Shown here one piece after another: positions 14,185 through 27,052 of a DNA stretch of 64,000 bases. Location of the stretch: assembly GCA_951406725.2 (NCBI GenBank), contig OX597828.1, forward strand, positions 51,150,001-51,214,000. The letters are read 5' to 3'. Position 1 is the first letter of the stretch; the number at the start of each line of letters is the position of its first letter. This stretch comes from Octopus vulgaris (taxonomy: Eukaryota). The notes beneath the pieces were generated by a model that was not told the DNA's origin, ran no database searches, and saw nothing but the letters and a program-made list of their open reading frames with translations. A program made the position numbers and the translations under genes.

Positions 14185-15600
14185 TATTCTATGTTTGACT
14201 TTTGCGTTACATTTGCACAAGCTGGCTCCAAGTCTCACCCAGAGACCTCAAGAGACAACAAGTTGGAAGTTCGTGTTGGTGTTATGCCTAGGGTGCCATA
14301 TATTTGGTTTTGTACTTAGTGTTGTACTAGTGAATGCCTAAAAAACCATACGAAAATTGTGTTTGTTTTAAAACTTGAGATTACATAGAAAGTATTTTGC
14401 GTAGGATATGAGCAGTTCCCATGAGCACTATCTTTTGGCATTTTTGAGTTTCCTGGTATCTGCGTTAGGTAGCAATCAGCCCCTTTTGCTATCATTCCCA
14501 GGGCACCTATGACTACAGGTATTGTTTTAGTCTTCAGGTTCCACATTTTGCTGATTTCTATTTCAAGATCTTTATATTTGCTCAGTTTTTGGTAGGTCTT
14601 GACAGATACGTTTATATCGATTGGGACAGTCATATCAATGAGGAGGCATGTTCTTTGTTTGAAGTCTTTCAATATGATGCCTGGCCTATTTGCATCTATC
14701 TTTCTGTTAATTTGAATGGTGAAGTTCCAGAGGAGTGAGATGTGGTCATTTTCAAGCACTGGAGGTGGTTTGTGTTCCCACCAATTTTTTTTATGGTGCA
14801 AGTCCAGGCTTGTGAAAATTACCCAGTGAATATATTGTGCAGCTCTATCATGCCTGTTGAAGTACTCTGTAGGCGCGAGAAGACTGCACTTGGAGACAAT
14901 ATGATCAATGGTTTCATTTTGTTGTTGACATACTCGATATGTTGGGCGACTGACGTTCTTTAATATGTTGGCCTGGTAGTTCCTTGTAGGTAGGCATTGA
15001 TCTTGAGCTGCCAGGATAAACCCCTCTGTTTCAGATTTTAAGCCAGAGGCCATTAGCTATTGATGGGTGAGGGCTTTGTCAACATCTGCATTATTCGCTT
15101 TCTTTGGGTACTTGCCATTGAGAGGTTTTTCTTGCCATTTATCATTCAGAATATCTAAGGCCGCAGATTTAGCACGGGTTTTCATGCGCTTAGCTTTTTC
15201 TGTGCCTGTTTCTTGTATGTCTATCTCTAATTCCGAAATTTGTTTTATTCAGAATTCACTTAGATATTCCTTTGCCTGTTTTGTTACTGAGTATGATACT
15301 TTCTTGTGTTCATGTTTTGAGACAAGTTTTAACATCCAGTCCCCAGAGGTTTTGCAGGTAGGTGTCTAAGCCAATTGTAGCAATCTTCATTGTTATTGCC
15401 AGTTGCAAAAGACCACGGCCTCCCTCTTTTCTTGGCAGATAAAGTCGTTCTGTATCTGCCATAGGGTGGTGCATTCTATGCATTGTCAACGGTTTTCGTA
15501 TTTTTCTGTCAAGATTACATATTTCAGTAATTGACCAGTTAACGATATTGAAACAGTAAGTCACGACTGGTATGGCTAAAGTATTGATCACTTCGATCCT
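14185..15600 (-). mobile_element. 5'-truncated R4/Dong-like non-LTR retrotransposon (post-RT region, CCHC knuckle, RLE)
   Basis: ORFs 15310-15591 (RLYLPRKEGGRGL) and 14316-15053 (ETEGFILAAQDQ, degenerate CCHC YRVC..ETIDHIVSKC, RHD, KLSKYKDL); 3' end abuts (TTA)n. Confidence 0.9.
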
Positions 15601-15609
15601 GTTTCTCGC

Positions 15610-15962
15610 ATTGGCGTTGCTCGGATTTGTTTTCTTTTCGACCCTTTAGAATTGGAATTTTTGAAAAGTAAAACTTTTGCATTATGTAGTTTGTTATTCT
15701 CTTTAGGTGGCGACACAGTAGTCAAAAAATTGTAAAATAACTAGGGATTTTCATAGAAAAAAACACCAAATATAATTTTTGGTTTTAATAAGGTCAAATT
15801 TTAATTTTTTGTTCTATGGAATGAAGAGCAAGCCTTTTTCTATCATACTCTCAATTTTGGTCAACTTTCGCCGCAAGGTCTCGGAGGAGATAGTGTTAGT
15901 TGAAGGCTACCAAACCTGCCACACACACACAGACAACTCCAGGTTTATATATAAAGACTACA
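15610..15962. mobile_element. Possible non-autonomous Helitron/Helentron-like element
   Basis: Starts ggcgttgctcgg and ends acacacagacaactccaggtttatatataaagacta, resembling short rolling-circle-derived repeats; recalled similarity only. Confidence 0.3.
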
Positions 15963-16061
15963 TGCAATTTCATTCGTTTCCATGCAACTTAAGCTTCAAA
16001 CAGTTTTAAATACTATATATAACTCCTAGTTTTCAAACCGTTTTAAATAGTATATCTATCT

Positions 16062-16100
<39 letters not shown>

Positions 16101-16192
16101 CTATTTGTGTGTGTGTAGTGTGTGTGTGCGTGTGTGTACGTGCGTGTAATCACTCATATATATGCACACATAATTACAGTCCATGTACGTAA

Positions 16193-16380
16193 GGCAGCGA
16201 GCTAGCAGACACGTTAGCACGCCGGACAAAATGCTTAGCGGCATTTCATCCGTCTTTAGGTTCTGAAATCGTATTCTGCCGGTGTTGACTTTACCGTTCA
16301 TCCTTCCGGGGTCGATAAAGTAACTACCAGACGACTCTGACCCTACCCCAAATTTCCTTGCCTTGTGCCAAAATTTGAAA
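16193..16380 (+). mobile_element. SINE family B, diverged
   Basis: Homologous to 45220-45452. Confidence 0.7.
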
Positions 16381-16589
16381 TCCATATTTCATGTATGCAT
16401 TTCTCTGGTCCATTCACACGATTGATTTCTCTATAGAATGGTACAAGCATTAACGCAAAACCCAGCGGAAAGATCTGAGTCGCAACATGAATTTTCTATC
16501 GATTTTGTGTACGTTTATGAATCTTTCTATTAACCAGCGTTACAAATGTAGCGGAGCGATACCTGCTCGAAAAAAAAATAATACATATA

Positions 16590-17005
16590 TTGGCTGTGCG
16601 GTAAGTAGCTTGCTAACCAACCACATGGTTCCGGGTTCAGTCCCACTGCGTGGCATCTTGGGCAAGTGTATTCTGCTATAGCCCCAGGCCGACCAATGCC
16701 TTGTGAGTGGATTTGGTAGACGGAAACTGAAAGAAGCCTGTCGTATATATGTATATATATGTATTTATGTGTGTTTGTTTGTGTGTCTGTGTTTGTCCCC
16801 CCTAGCATTGCTTGACAACCGATGCTGGTGTGTTTACGTCCCCGTATCTTGGCGGTTCGGCAAAAGAGAACGATAGAATAAGTACTGGGCTTACAAAAGA
16901 ATAAGTCCCGGGGTCGAGTTGCTCGATTAAAGGCGGTGATCCAGCATGGCCGCAGTGAAATGACTGAAACAAGTAAAAGAGTAAAAGAGTAAAAGAGTAA
17001 AGAGA
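16590..17005 (+). mobile_element. SINE family A, near full length
   Basis: tRNA-like head, internal (TA/TG) tract, (gagtaaaa)n tail. Confidence 0.85.
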
Positions 17006-17273
17006 TATGCATATGAAAGAACGTCTGTAGAAAAACGGGGAAAAGGGAAGTTTTCGCGAACCATATCTTATTTTTGTTGCTGAGAACCAGCTAAGTTGAT
17101 CCATTTACGACGGGCTTCCCCAGCCAAAGGACTATAAAACATCTCGCAAAGAATGAAGAAATTTTGAAGTTTCATTGACGTTTGCTATCTGCTGAGTGTC
17201 TTTACATTATATACATACATACATACATACATATATAATACATATATACATACATACATATATATACATATAC

Positions 17274-17355
<82 letters not shown>

Positions 17356-17358
<3 letters not shown>

Positions 17359-17571
17359 ATGTAAAGTATAGAAGCCATCTTATCATGGCTAACCACATTG
17401 GGGAGGGGGTGTTACTGTAGCTTTATAGCCCCAAGAGATCTTCGTCTCTAGCTGGCTTTAGACACAATATGTCAGCTAGAGACGAAGATCTCTTGGGGCT
17501 ATAAAGCTACAGTAACACCCCCTCCCCAATGTGGTTAGCCATGATAAGATGGCTTCTATACTTTACATTAT
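17356..17571. repeat. Apparently perfect inverted repeat: 99-bp arms, 18-bp spacer, in (TA)n
   Basis: 17356-17454 is the reverse complement of 17473-17571. Confidence 0.95.
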
Positions 17572-17613
17572 CGAGCGATTACTGTTTCAATCTCATTCTG
17601 AGATTTAATTATG

Positions 17614-17664
<51 letters not shown>

Positions 17665-17733
17665 TATAAGCATTTTTTGTGTAATAAGATAAAAAAAACA
17701 AGGCTGTGTAGATATTAGAACATTTATAGATAG

Positions 17734-17785
17734 GTCTTACAGCTGTTTTTAGGATATCTATTAATAATATCCCTTCATCGGAGAC
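17734..17785 (-). ncRNA. Type I hammerhead-like motif (U4C; G12 lost)
   Basis: GUCU-CCGAUGA-aGGGAUAU..AUAUCCU-aAAAA-CAGCUG-UA-AGAC: stems I and II and palindromic stem III present, but GAAA reads AAAA. Confidence 0.6.
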
Positions 17786-18904
17786 GGTGTGAGAGTCATA
17801 GTTAGTTTAGATGCGATACAAAATAGAGTGAGGTGGAGGAAAGAAAATAGATGCAAGATATGTATGGGTATTGAAGTTGTAAATCCGTTTTATAGGCATA
17901 ATGGTATACATGCAATATTCCAATATCCTATGAGTAATGTCCAAAAGTCCAACAGAGCTTAATATGATTTCTTCCAAATATAGAGCTTATAAGCAATGTA
18001 AGATTCCCTTAGGAGTGAGATCCAGCAGATTTTTAAACTTGGTTATTCCCAGTAGGGAATTTATGTACAGTGTTGTAGAGTCAAAGGTTTGTATTTAAAG
18101 TGACCTAAAAATAGGGAGTGTATTAGTAAGGTCAAATCGAAAACAAGAAGTGAGGAGTGAAGAAAAGAGAAAAAAAAAGGAAGAGAAAAATGAGAAGAGA
18201 AAGAAACAATGAAAGAGAAAGGAGAGAGAAGAAGAAGAAGAAAGTAAGAAGAAGATTACTAAAAAATAACAAAATAATAAAATAAATAAAAACCTTGAAG
18301 AGAAGGATAAAAGGAATAAAGAAAAAAGAAAAAAGGAAATGAAGATATAGATCAGTCAGTGGTCAGTGGAGATAATTTGAAAGTAATTCACCCTTTATAT
18401 TCCCACTCCTACTATATTGGCTGTTCCCTTGGATAACATTGGTGGCGTACAGAGGGGTGGTTGGTATGCATGAGCGACTACTGGTCTTCCATAAATAACC
18501 TTGCACGGAGGGGAACCTTCTTAGTGCAATCCCATGGTCGTTCATGAGGTAAGGGTCTCTTTAATCTTTACCCATAACAGTAATAACTAAACAGTGTATT
18601 GTGCGTTTTATTGTGTTTATGTCATGCACAGTATTTCCAGGAACTTGATACAAACTGTTTGTAGTACAAAGATGATTGTGAACTACTCACTTACGGCATG
18701 ATTCACTGATGTGAAAGACACTAGCAGAACACCTAAGTTTAGAGATGCCAAAGCGAAGTGTTTGATACTATTATAATATTTGTGTGACTGTGGTTAGAAT
18801 ATTGTCGAGATCCAAAGTCTAAAGATAGCCTATTCATTCAAAATGTGTATTGTGTATTTGTGTGCGTTGATGAGTGCGTATATATATATTATAGAAATTA
18901 TATG

Positions 18905-18953
<49 letters not shown>

Positions 18954-19447
18954 GTGTATATAAACGTATGTGTGTGAGTGTGTGTGTGTACACATATAGA
19001 ATGAGAATACATGAGTATATGTGCTTGTGTGTTTGTGTGTGTTTATGAGAGATTTCCATGAGTTTAAGAGTACGTTTTACACGTATACATACTAGAATAG
19101 GGCCAGATTTTGTGCTACAAATCTTATAAGATTTCAGACAGAAGTTGTATTGTATACATACAATTCCCTTGCATACAAACAAATATGAGCTGCATTGAAG
19201 TATTTATATAAATATCGGGGAATAATTATGTGATACACTCTGTGAATACATATAACTAATATGGAACACAAGCGTGGAATTGGTACATAGGATACTTTTA
19301 AACTCATATAGAAATTTGTAAGAAATCTGTTTGTAAAAAGACGAAAAAGATTCCATATCTATGGAATAATAAATATATGAAGGCATTTATCTTTTTACAC
19401 TTCTGAACCAATACACACACATTCATATATATGCATGTATGTATGTG

Positions 19448-19557
<110 letters not shown>

Positions 19558-19721
19558 AAAAGTAATTAAGATTCAAGTGAGTTCTGTTGAATTCACATGA
19601 ATGAGGTACTTAACATAGATGCACCAGAAATCTATATGGTATTAACCATAAGATAATGCGGAGTGATTATAAGCAAGAAAAAAGCAACAAAAATGGATCA
19701 ATATTTCGGTACAATTGTTTC

Positions 19722-19844
<123 letters not shown>

Positions 19845-19991
19845 TATATACATATATATTGGTATATATGTTAATATATATTCATATACATACATAGATG
19901 CATAGGCACTACATACATTTCTATACTTATATCTACCTATTCATATTATATTTATATATGTATATGTGTGTGTACCAATGTGTTTGTATGT

Positions 19992-20870
19992 GTACGGAGA
20001 TACCCAAAAGAAACCGGAATTTCGCAATATTATTTTATTCAATTAGTTTTACATGTTTAGACTTTTATCACCTTCAACGTATTCCCCATTTGACACAATG
20101 CGTCTGTCCAGCCGCGTTTTCCACTATTCTAAGCAGTGCAGAAACTCTTGCGAAGTGATACCTTTTAACGCATCTGTGGGTTTTTTTCTCCACTTCTTCC
20201 ATATTTACAAATTCCATAGCATCAGCCTGCGTCACCTGTGATGACCTTCGAAAAAATGTCCGGATCAATTTCCAACTGTTCTTTCATTTCACGACACGCA
20301 TTCATCTGTGACTTATTTTTGATCTTCCATGAGCAAACAGGCACAAATTTTGCTGTAACTCTTTTTATTCGCAATTCCTCCTTCAAAATTCTTTGGCAGA
20401 TGCTCCAGGATGCACCAGTTATATCAACGAGTTCATCAAATTTTTGGTGAAGGTCCTCCAAGATAATTTCATGAATTCTCATGATGTGTTCACGAGGTCG
20501 ACGATCGTCCTGAACGAGGTTGTTCTTCAAGCGACAACTGACCATTCCTAAACCGTTGAAACCATTCGTAAACTTTTGTTTTGTTTATGACAGCGTCGTT
20601 GTAAGCAGTGGGAAGCATGACAGCCGGTTTTGACCGCCGTTTTCTTCTGCAGAAAATAAAATTTCACTGAAGAACGCTGTTCCTTCGTTTAAGCCATCAG
20701 AAGAAACGATGAAAACCAAAGTCGCACCATGTGGCAGAGCGACCGCGCAGAAAGACGCCTGTTGGCAGGCTGAGGCCTGGCGGTTTCATCGAGTGGCTTC
20801 CAGTGACGGAAGCATGAACTGCAGAGGGCTTGTCCCACAAAAATCATTTCCAGTTACTTTTGGGTACGAT
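19992..20870 (-). mobile_element. Internally deleted mariner transposon
   Basis: ORF 20222-20545 with KRVTAKFVP and FSKVITGD motifs; TIR-like ends tacccaaaagaaaccggaatt / tttccagttacttttgggtac. Confidence 0.8.
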
Positions 20871-20994
20871 TTTATATCTGTGTTAAACCGAATAATAACG
20901 ATGAGATTGCAGCTGGAAATGCTCAAATGACATGAGGTGAAAGGAAAAATAAATTGAAAGGTATAATGAATAAACGCTCTAATAGGTCAAAACA

Positions 20995-21028
<34 letters not shown>

Positions 21029-21429
21029 ACACACGCACATACGTACGTATGTATGTATGTATGTATGTATGTATGTATGTATGTATGTGTATATGTATAT
21101 ATGAATGTATCTATAGGATGTCCTAAAAATGTATACAAAGGTTAAATGATTATAAATAGAATATTTATTAGAATAAATACCATTTTCAAATTTTAGTAGA
21201 ATTTACAGAGAGAATTTAGTGTTTCACGAATTCTTGCTTTAAAAATGATGCCTGCTTTCTCTGGTCTTGGCTGTGCTGATAATCTGGAAAAATGAAATCT
21301 CAAGTATCAAAAAGCATTACTTTCGAGTTTATACGCATTATTTGACAATGGTTAACCTGCATTCGCCAAAAGTTGCCGGTCTTGTACTATAAACATTATC
21401 TTTTTTATTGGGAATCCCCTTTAAAAAAT

Positions 21430-21615
21430 CTAGGGATGTGTTCCCCCAGCTGGACGGGACGCAGCGTTACTCATTTTTGCCAGCTGAGTGGACTGGAGCA
21501 ACGTGAAATGAAGTGTTTTGCTCAAGAACACAACGCGTCGCCCGGTCCAGGAATCGAAACCACAATCTTACGATCATGTTGCTGACACCCTAACCACTAA
21601 GCCAGGCGCCTCCAC
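21430..21615 (-). mobile_element. SINE family D
   Basis: Near-identical to 9600-9785. Confidence 0.8.
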
Positions 21616-22592
21616 ATAAATGTGGTTATAGCATTTTGGAAAGATCAAGTTTTAAAACTATCGCTTTTGAGTAATAGCTTGATGAAATTTTGCCATCCCG
21701 CTCGGCAAATCACACACTTTATTGATGAGAAATAACTATGATTACGTGGCATTTACGTATTCTGAAGATTTCTTTTGACAAAAGTGTTGATTGGTCTCGT
21801 ATCTCCACTTTACTTCTCGTAACTGGATGGTCACGTACCTCTACAACCTTTATACTCTAATGACGTCTAATCTGCGCAGCTGACTCCTCTTGTACTTCTA
21901 CTACTCACAGACCTCAAACTCAATCTCTCTTCATTCTTGTTGCATTCATCCCTCCCACCACACTGACCAATATGCCTGCTCCCTCCTACCCAGGACCTCA
22001 GTCTACTGGAACGTTTACCTTGCTCATGTTCTTCCTTGCAAATTTTGGCTAGCAACATTGTAAACTGAACATTTAAAACGTCTATTTAATCAGTTTCGAA
22101 TGGCCTGATAGTCATGTGAGCAATGCCCCTTTCTTTTTGACTAAGCGATTAAAATAACATAAATACAGTAAAGGAGAATCTGTGTTCAAGGACCCTCTAA
22201 AACAATGATGATGTTGGTCTAGATAAAAAACGGAAGTAATATCCAGAATAAAAGGTAAAAGGTTGCTTATCATATGTTTGCTGATCGAACAGGTCTTTGA
22301 TAACAGTGATTCCGTCATGATGAGGTCATCATACGCAGGAACGTGTAGGTTACGTTATTTAAAACCTGCATCCTCTTATCATTACTTTAGTTAGTAGGGT
22401 ATGAATTGGAGAAAGACATGGCTGTTATTTGTAGAAGTAGCAAAAACATAAAAGTCTGACATGTAATATGAAATATTTCCGCAAAACATTTATATAGATA
22501 TGAGTACAGAATTAAAGCCGAATAATAATAATAATAATGATAATAATAATAATAATAATAATAAAAGTAAAAATAATAATGATAATAATAAC

Positions 22593-22638
<46 letters not shown>

Positions 22639-22643
22639 TCAAA

Positions 22644-22717
<74 letters not shown>

Positions 22718-23914
22718 TAATAATGAGAAGAAGAAGAAGAACAACAACAACAACGATGTCAACATCGGATTAAAGAAATCAAGACAAGTAGCATTGATCA
22801 ACTTCAGCTGAGAATATATATTGTTTACAATATTTGACATTTCTTCCTAAATACAAAGATCTCTCTTGCAGACTTTATTCAAGAACAAATTTCAAAGTGG
22901 CAGTATGAGTGTTTTTTACAAATCTCACCTGCTCACAGACACACGTGTGTGAGTGTGTGTGTGTGCGTATACACACACATATATATATATATATAAAAAC
23001 ATATATAAGTAAATGAAAAATGAATTGTATATAAACGGCAGATGGAAAACGTTCGGCAAAAAGAGACTGATAGAATAATTACTAGGTTTACAAAGAATAA
23101 TTCCTGGGGTCGATTTGCTCGACTAAAGACGGTGCTCCAGTATGGCCGCATTCAAATGACTGAAGCAATTAAAAGAATAAAATAATATATACACACACAC
23201 AGACATAATTATCGGCTACACGTCACTACATAGATTCCTAAACAATGTGTCTCAGCGTGGTACAAATTACCAAAGAGCACACACTTGCGAATGACCTCGA
23301 AGGACTACAAATATCTCTGTAGTTTTCAGTACTTAGTTTTCACCATCGTTATGTTGGGGAATATTTTGATATACTCAAAAATCTTGGAACTTTCGAGTAT
23401 GTTATATCTGTTAGTGATGGTCACTCGACTATTCAGTCTTTATTAAGTAGTGGTTGATAAAGTGAGCTCTCGCTTAGTTCACACTTACGTCTGTCATTCT
23501 TCCGGTCGATATAGACATCCTTTACAAGTATATCAACGGACTCAGTTATGTGTCCGAAAATCACTTTCTGCCTCTTATGTAACTGTCTGGTTTCATAAAA
23601 CACTACAAACATGCGGTCATTACACCCCTCCCCGCCAACAATGTACAAGCAACAAGTGTCTCTTAACATTCATGAGAATAGCAAAGTGTTATAAGGACTA
23701 AATCTTTGGGGTGTAGATTTGTATAGTATTTAGAGCGTTGGACGAAAAGAGTTGAGACATATTATCAGGCTTTTTGCGTTTCAAGTTCAGATCCCATCAA
23801 AATCAAATATGCCTTCCATCCCTTCCAGAGTCAAAGATTAAAAAAATCAATCATTTTGATCGACAAAAACACTCCTAAAATAGACAATAATTATGTCTAA
23901 ATCTATCTTATAGT

Positions 23915-24106
23915 CGCCATGATAGATCGTTAGCCACTACATACATTTTTTCTCTCCTTGTTTTTTCTGTGTCCCTTTCTGTAGAAGAGCGTAGGCTCGA
24001 AACGTAAAAGATGTTTTCTATTCCTGAGCGTTATACTAATACATCAGTTTGTTTTGTACATCACCTGTCTCCCTCTTTTGTTTTTTTTTTTCGTAAACTC
24101 TCCCTA
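23915..24106 (+). mobile_element. Short non-coding element with variant hammerhead-like motif (23975-24010) and 11-bp flanking direct repeat
   Basis: cttt-CUGUAGA-a-GAGC gtag GCUC-GAAA-CG-UA-aaag; tatcttatagt at 23904-23914 and 24107-24117; second copy at ~34045-34185. Confidence 0.65.
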
Positions 24107-24723
24107 TATCTTATAGTATATATACATACTATAAGATATATTTACACTTAAATATATGGTGTTTCTTTGGTAGCATTAAAACTATATTTTGAGTTTTCTA
24201 TTAGGGTTTGAATCTACTGTAACCTGAAGTAGTATTAAACGTATTAAAACATAAGCTTAATTTAGATTAGCATATTTCAGATGTTTTGTTATCTTTTCAT
24301 AATGAAATAAGTTTCGAACTAATATCAAAGCAATTATACCACTTCCTTGATAGACAAACCTTTGCAAACACATTACTTAACCTATCCATAACCGAATGGT
24401 ATCTTAAATGCTATTCAGACTATCGCTGCAACAGTAGAACTCTACCAGGAAACCCACTGCTTCTAAATCCGCTTTATGGTCCGCTTCTAAATCGTTCATT
24501 TTGTTTTTTGTTGCCAATACCCAGGCTGAACTCAACGACTTTCTACGCTGAATATATCGCTCCGCAATTCTGCTCTAGTTCCTCATTTCACAGAATCTTC
24601 TTCTCCCCAGTAAATGAACAACTGCTGCTCAAAAAGCTCATACTGAAGATATTTGCATTACACCTGTACAGTTGTATGCATTGATCAATATTAAAAGATA
24701 TATAATGGCGGCGTATAATAATG

Positions 24724-24778
<55 letters not shown>

Positions 24779-24780
<2 letters not shown>

Positions 24781-25334
24781 GCCCTGATGCAGTACCAGGC
24801 AGTGGCTCTCATGGCTTCTGATCTTAACTGATTGGAAGTGTTATCATGTACATTGTTTTGTCTTGGTATAAAAGATGGGCTACAGCAAATATTCTGCTCA
24901 ATACCACAGATTTGCTTGTCAGTTGTTTGACCTTAACCAGTTGAGCATGTCCCCTAGTGGCTGACGATATGTGCATCTCTGATCACGAGCAGAAGTAGTG
25001 GGGGAGCATCATAGCCATGTGTTGAGAGGGATGCTTTGGGGTTTGAATAGTTCACCTCTGGAAACATGGGTGGTTCTTTCAACATCCTTAAACAACCCTT
25101 ATTCGGGGACCGTTTGAGCGGGATGGGCTACTCAACCTGAAGAAAATTCAAACTGGGCCCCACCTGCAAGGTCATGTGCTGTTTATCTTGATATGAGATC
25201 ACCATGTCGCGCACATATGGTTGTGATGCATGTGCCTGGTGTACCTTTATCAGACGGGTAGTCATGATGGGTATATTGGGCTTCGTATATTTTACCCCAG
25301 TGTCACTTTGATGGCATGAACTGCTCTCTCACTC

Positions 25335-25335
<1 letters not shown>
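24779..25335 (+). mobile_element. ~550-bp non-coding (TAA)n-targeted element, full length
   Basis: Four near-full copies in the window; (AAT)n on both flanks; no long ORF. Confidence 0.85.
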
Positions 25336-25419
<84 letters not shown>

Positions 25420-25440
25420 GTTATTATTATTATCATTGCG

Positions 25441-25750
25441 ATTACTACCTTCGCCTTAGCGAAGGTGGAGGTATTGTTTCCAGTCGTGTTTGTTTGTTTG
25501 TCTGTCGGTGGATAAGATATCTCAAGAACAGCTGGATGGATTCGAATGAAACTTTCAGGGATGTTTGGCCTTGTGATTGGCACGAACTAGTTAGATTTGG
25601 GGGTCGATCCCCCACCAGAGAAGTATTCTGAATCATTTTTCCGGTGTTTTAACTTAATTTATGACAGTGTTCGTGTTCGTTTTCAGTATTCTCGCTTGTG
25701 AGTACAGTCGAGTTTATTTCAGATAGTCTCATTTCGCATTTCTATCGGTG
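25441..25750 (+). mobile_element. Non-autonomous Helentron/DINE-like element, partial
   Basis: Terminal hairpin accttcgc-ctta-gcgaaggt, then a (gttt)n/gtct tract; homologous to the reverse complement of 31465-31870. Confidence 0.6.
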
Positions 25751-25936
25751 CAAACATCCAATTCACCAGAAAAAACTTCAGGAAAAATGTTTTTTTAAAT
25801 TAAAAAAAAAAAATCCTCTGACGCATTATTTGTACTGACGGAAGAATCATTCACATTTTTACAAAAAATATTTATGGGGGTGGGGGTCCCATAAGTTAAA
25901 TAGTTCCCACGAATCTGTTCCAAATAAATTTTTCCT

Positions 25937-26110
25937 TGTACTAAGCACTCTTGTTTTACGTTGGGCTAAGTACTCTTGTTTTTCGTTGGGCTAAGCACTC
26001 TTGTTTTTCGTTGGGCTAAGCACTCTTGTTTTTCATTGTACTAAGCACTCTTGTTAGTCCTCTTGTTTTTCGTTGTACTAAGCACTCTTGATAACATTCT
26101 TGTTTTTCGT
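25937..26110. repeat. 25-bp minisatellite, ~7 units with the last ones rearranged
   Basis: ctaagcactcttgtttttcgttggg units start at 25941, 25966, 25991, 26016 and 26041. Confidence 0.9.
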
Positions 26111-26279
26111 TCGAACGGATTTAGTGGGATTTTTTAAAACCCTAGAAGAACTTTCCTCTAGCTGGTGAAAACTGCACAACTACATCTGATATATTGTGAG
26201 CAGGGAATCGAATCCCTACCCCATTCTAGCGACGTGACCAACACACAGTTTGCTTCAGGCTGCAGAGCCATTCAGTTGT

Positions 26280-26462
26280 AGTATTATGTTGTTCTTGCTT
26301 ATTCTATATCTTACTCCAGAAAGGTTGACTTTCATCAGCATCAAGAGCTAATCTTTTACGTTTTTTACTGTCATTAATCTCTTGGTAAACTCTTTTTTGG
26401 TCGGTTCTAAACAATTTTTGCTGGTATTCTGTAACCCGTTGTTCAAACCTAGTTAGCTTCGC
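26280..26462 (-). mobile_element. Small internal fragment of an R4/Dong-like ORF
   Basis: QQKLFRTDQKRVYQEI...FWSKI resembles the pre-RT region of this clade. Confidence 0.55.
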
Positions 26463-26464
26463 TT

Positions 26465-26848
26465 TGCTTACCAACCACATGGTTCCGGGTTCAGTCCCAC
26501 TGCGTGGCATCTTGGGCAAGTGTCTTCTGCTATAACCCCGAGCCGACCAATGCCTTGTAAGTGGATTTGGTAGACGGAAACTGAAAGAAGCCTGTCGTAT
26601 ATATGTATATATATATATGTGTGTGTGTATGTGTTTGTGTGTCTGTGTTTGTCCCCCCTAGCATTGCTTGACAACCGATGCTGGTGTGTTTACGTCCCCG
26701 TATCTTGGCGGTTCGGCAAAAGAGACCGATAGAATAAGTACTGGGCTTACAAAAGAATAAGTCCCGGGGTCGAGTTGCTCGATTAAAGGCGGTGATCCAG
26801 CATGGCCGCAGTGAAATGACTGAAACAAGTAAAAGAGAGAAAGAGAGT
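26465..26848 (+). mobile_element. SINE family A (5'-clipped)
   Basis: Nearly identical to 16608-16980. Confidence 0.85.
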
Positions 26849-26978
26849 ATGTATGTGTTGCTTCAGTTCTTCAATTAAAACATTCAGGCCCTTTTGTATC
26901 TTCTTCCTAACCTTTTCGTATTTCCTTACATTCTTACACTCCCCATCATCATCATCATCATCATCATTATTATTATTA

Positions 26979-27052
<74 letters not shown>

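Noticed and set aside
21112-21860. Possible Tc1/mariner remnant around a SINE
   Set aside because: Only one TIR-like end and no readable transposase motif.
25937-26110. CRISPR-like short repeat array
   Set aside because: Contiguous 25-bp tandem units without unique spacers, no cas genes, eukaryotic context.
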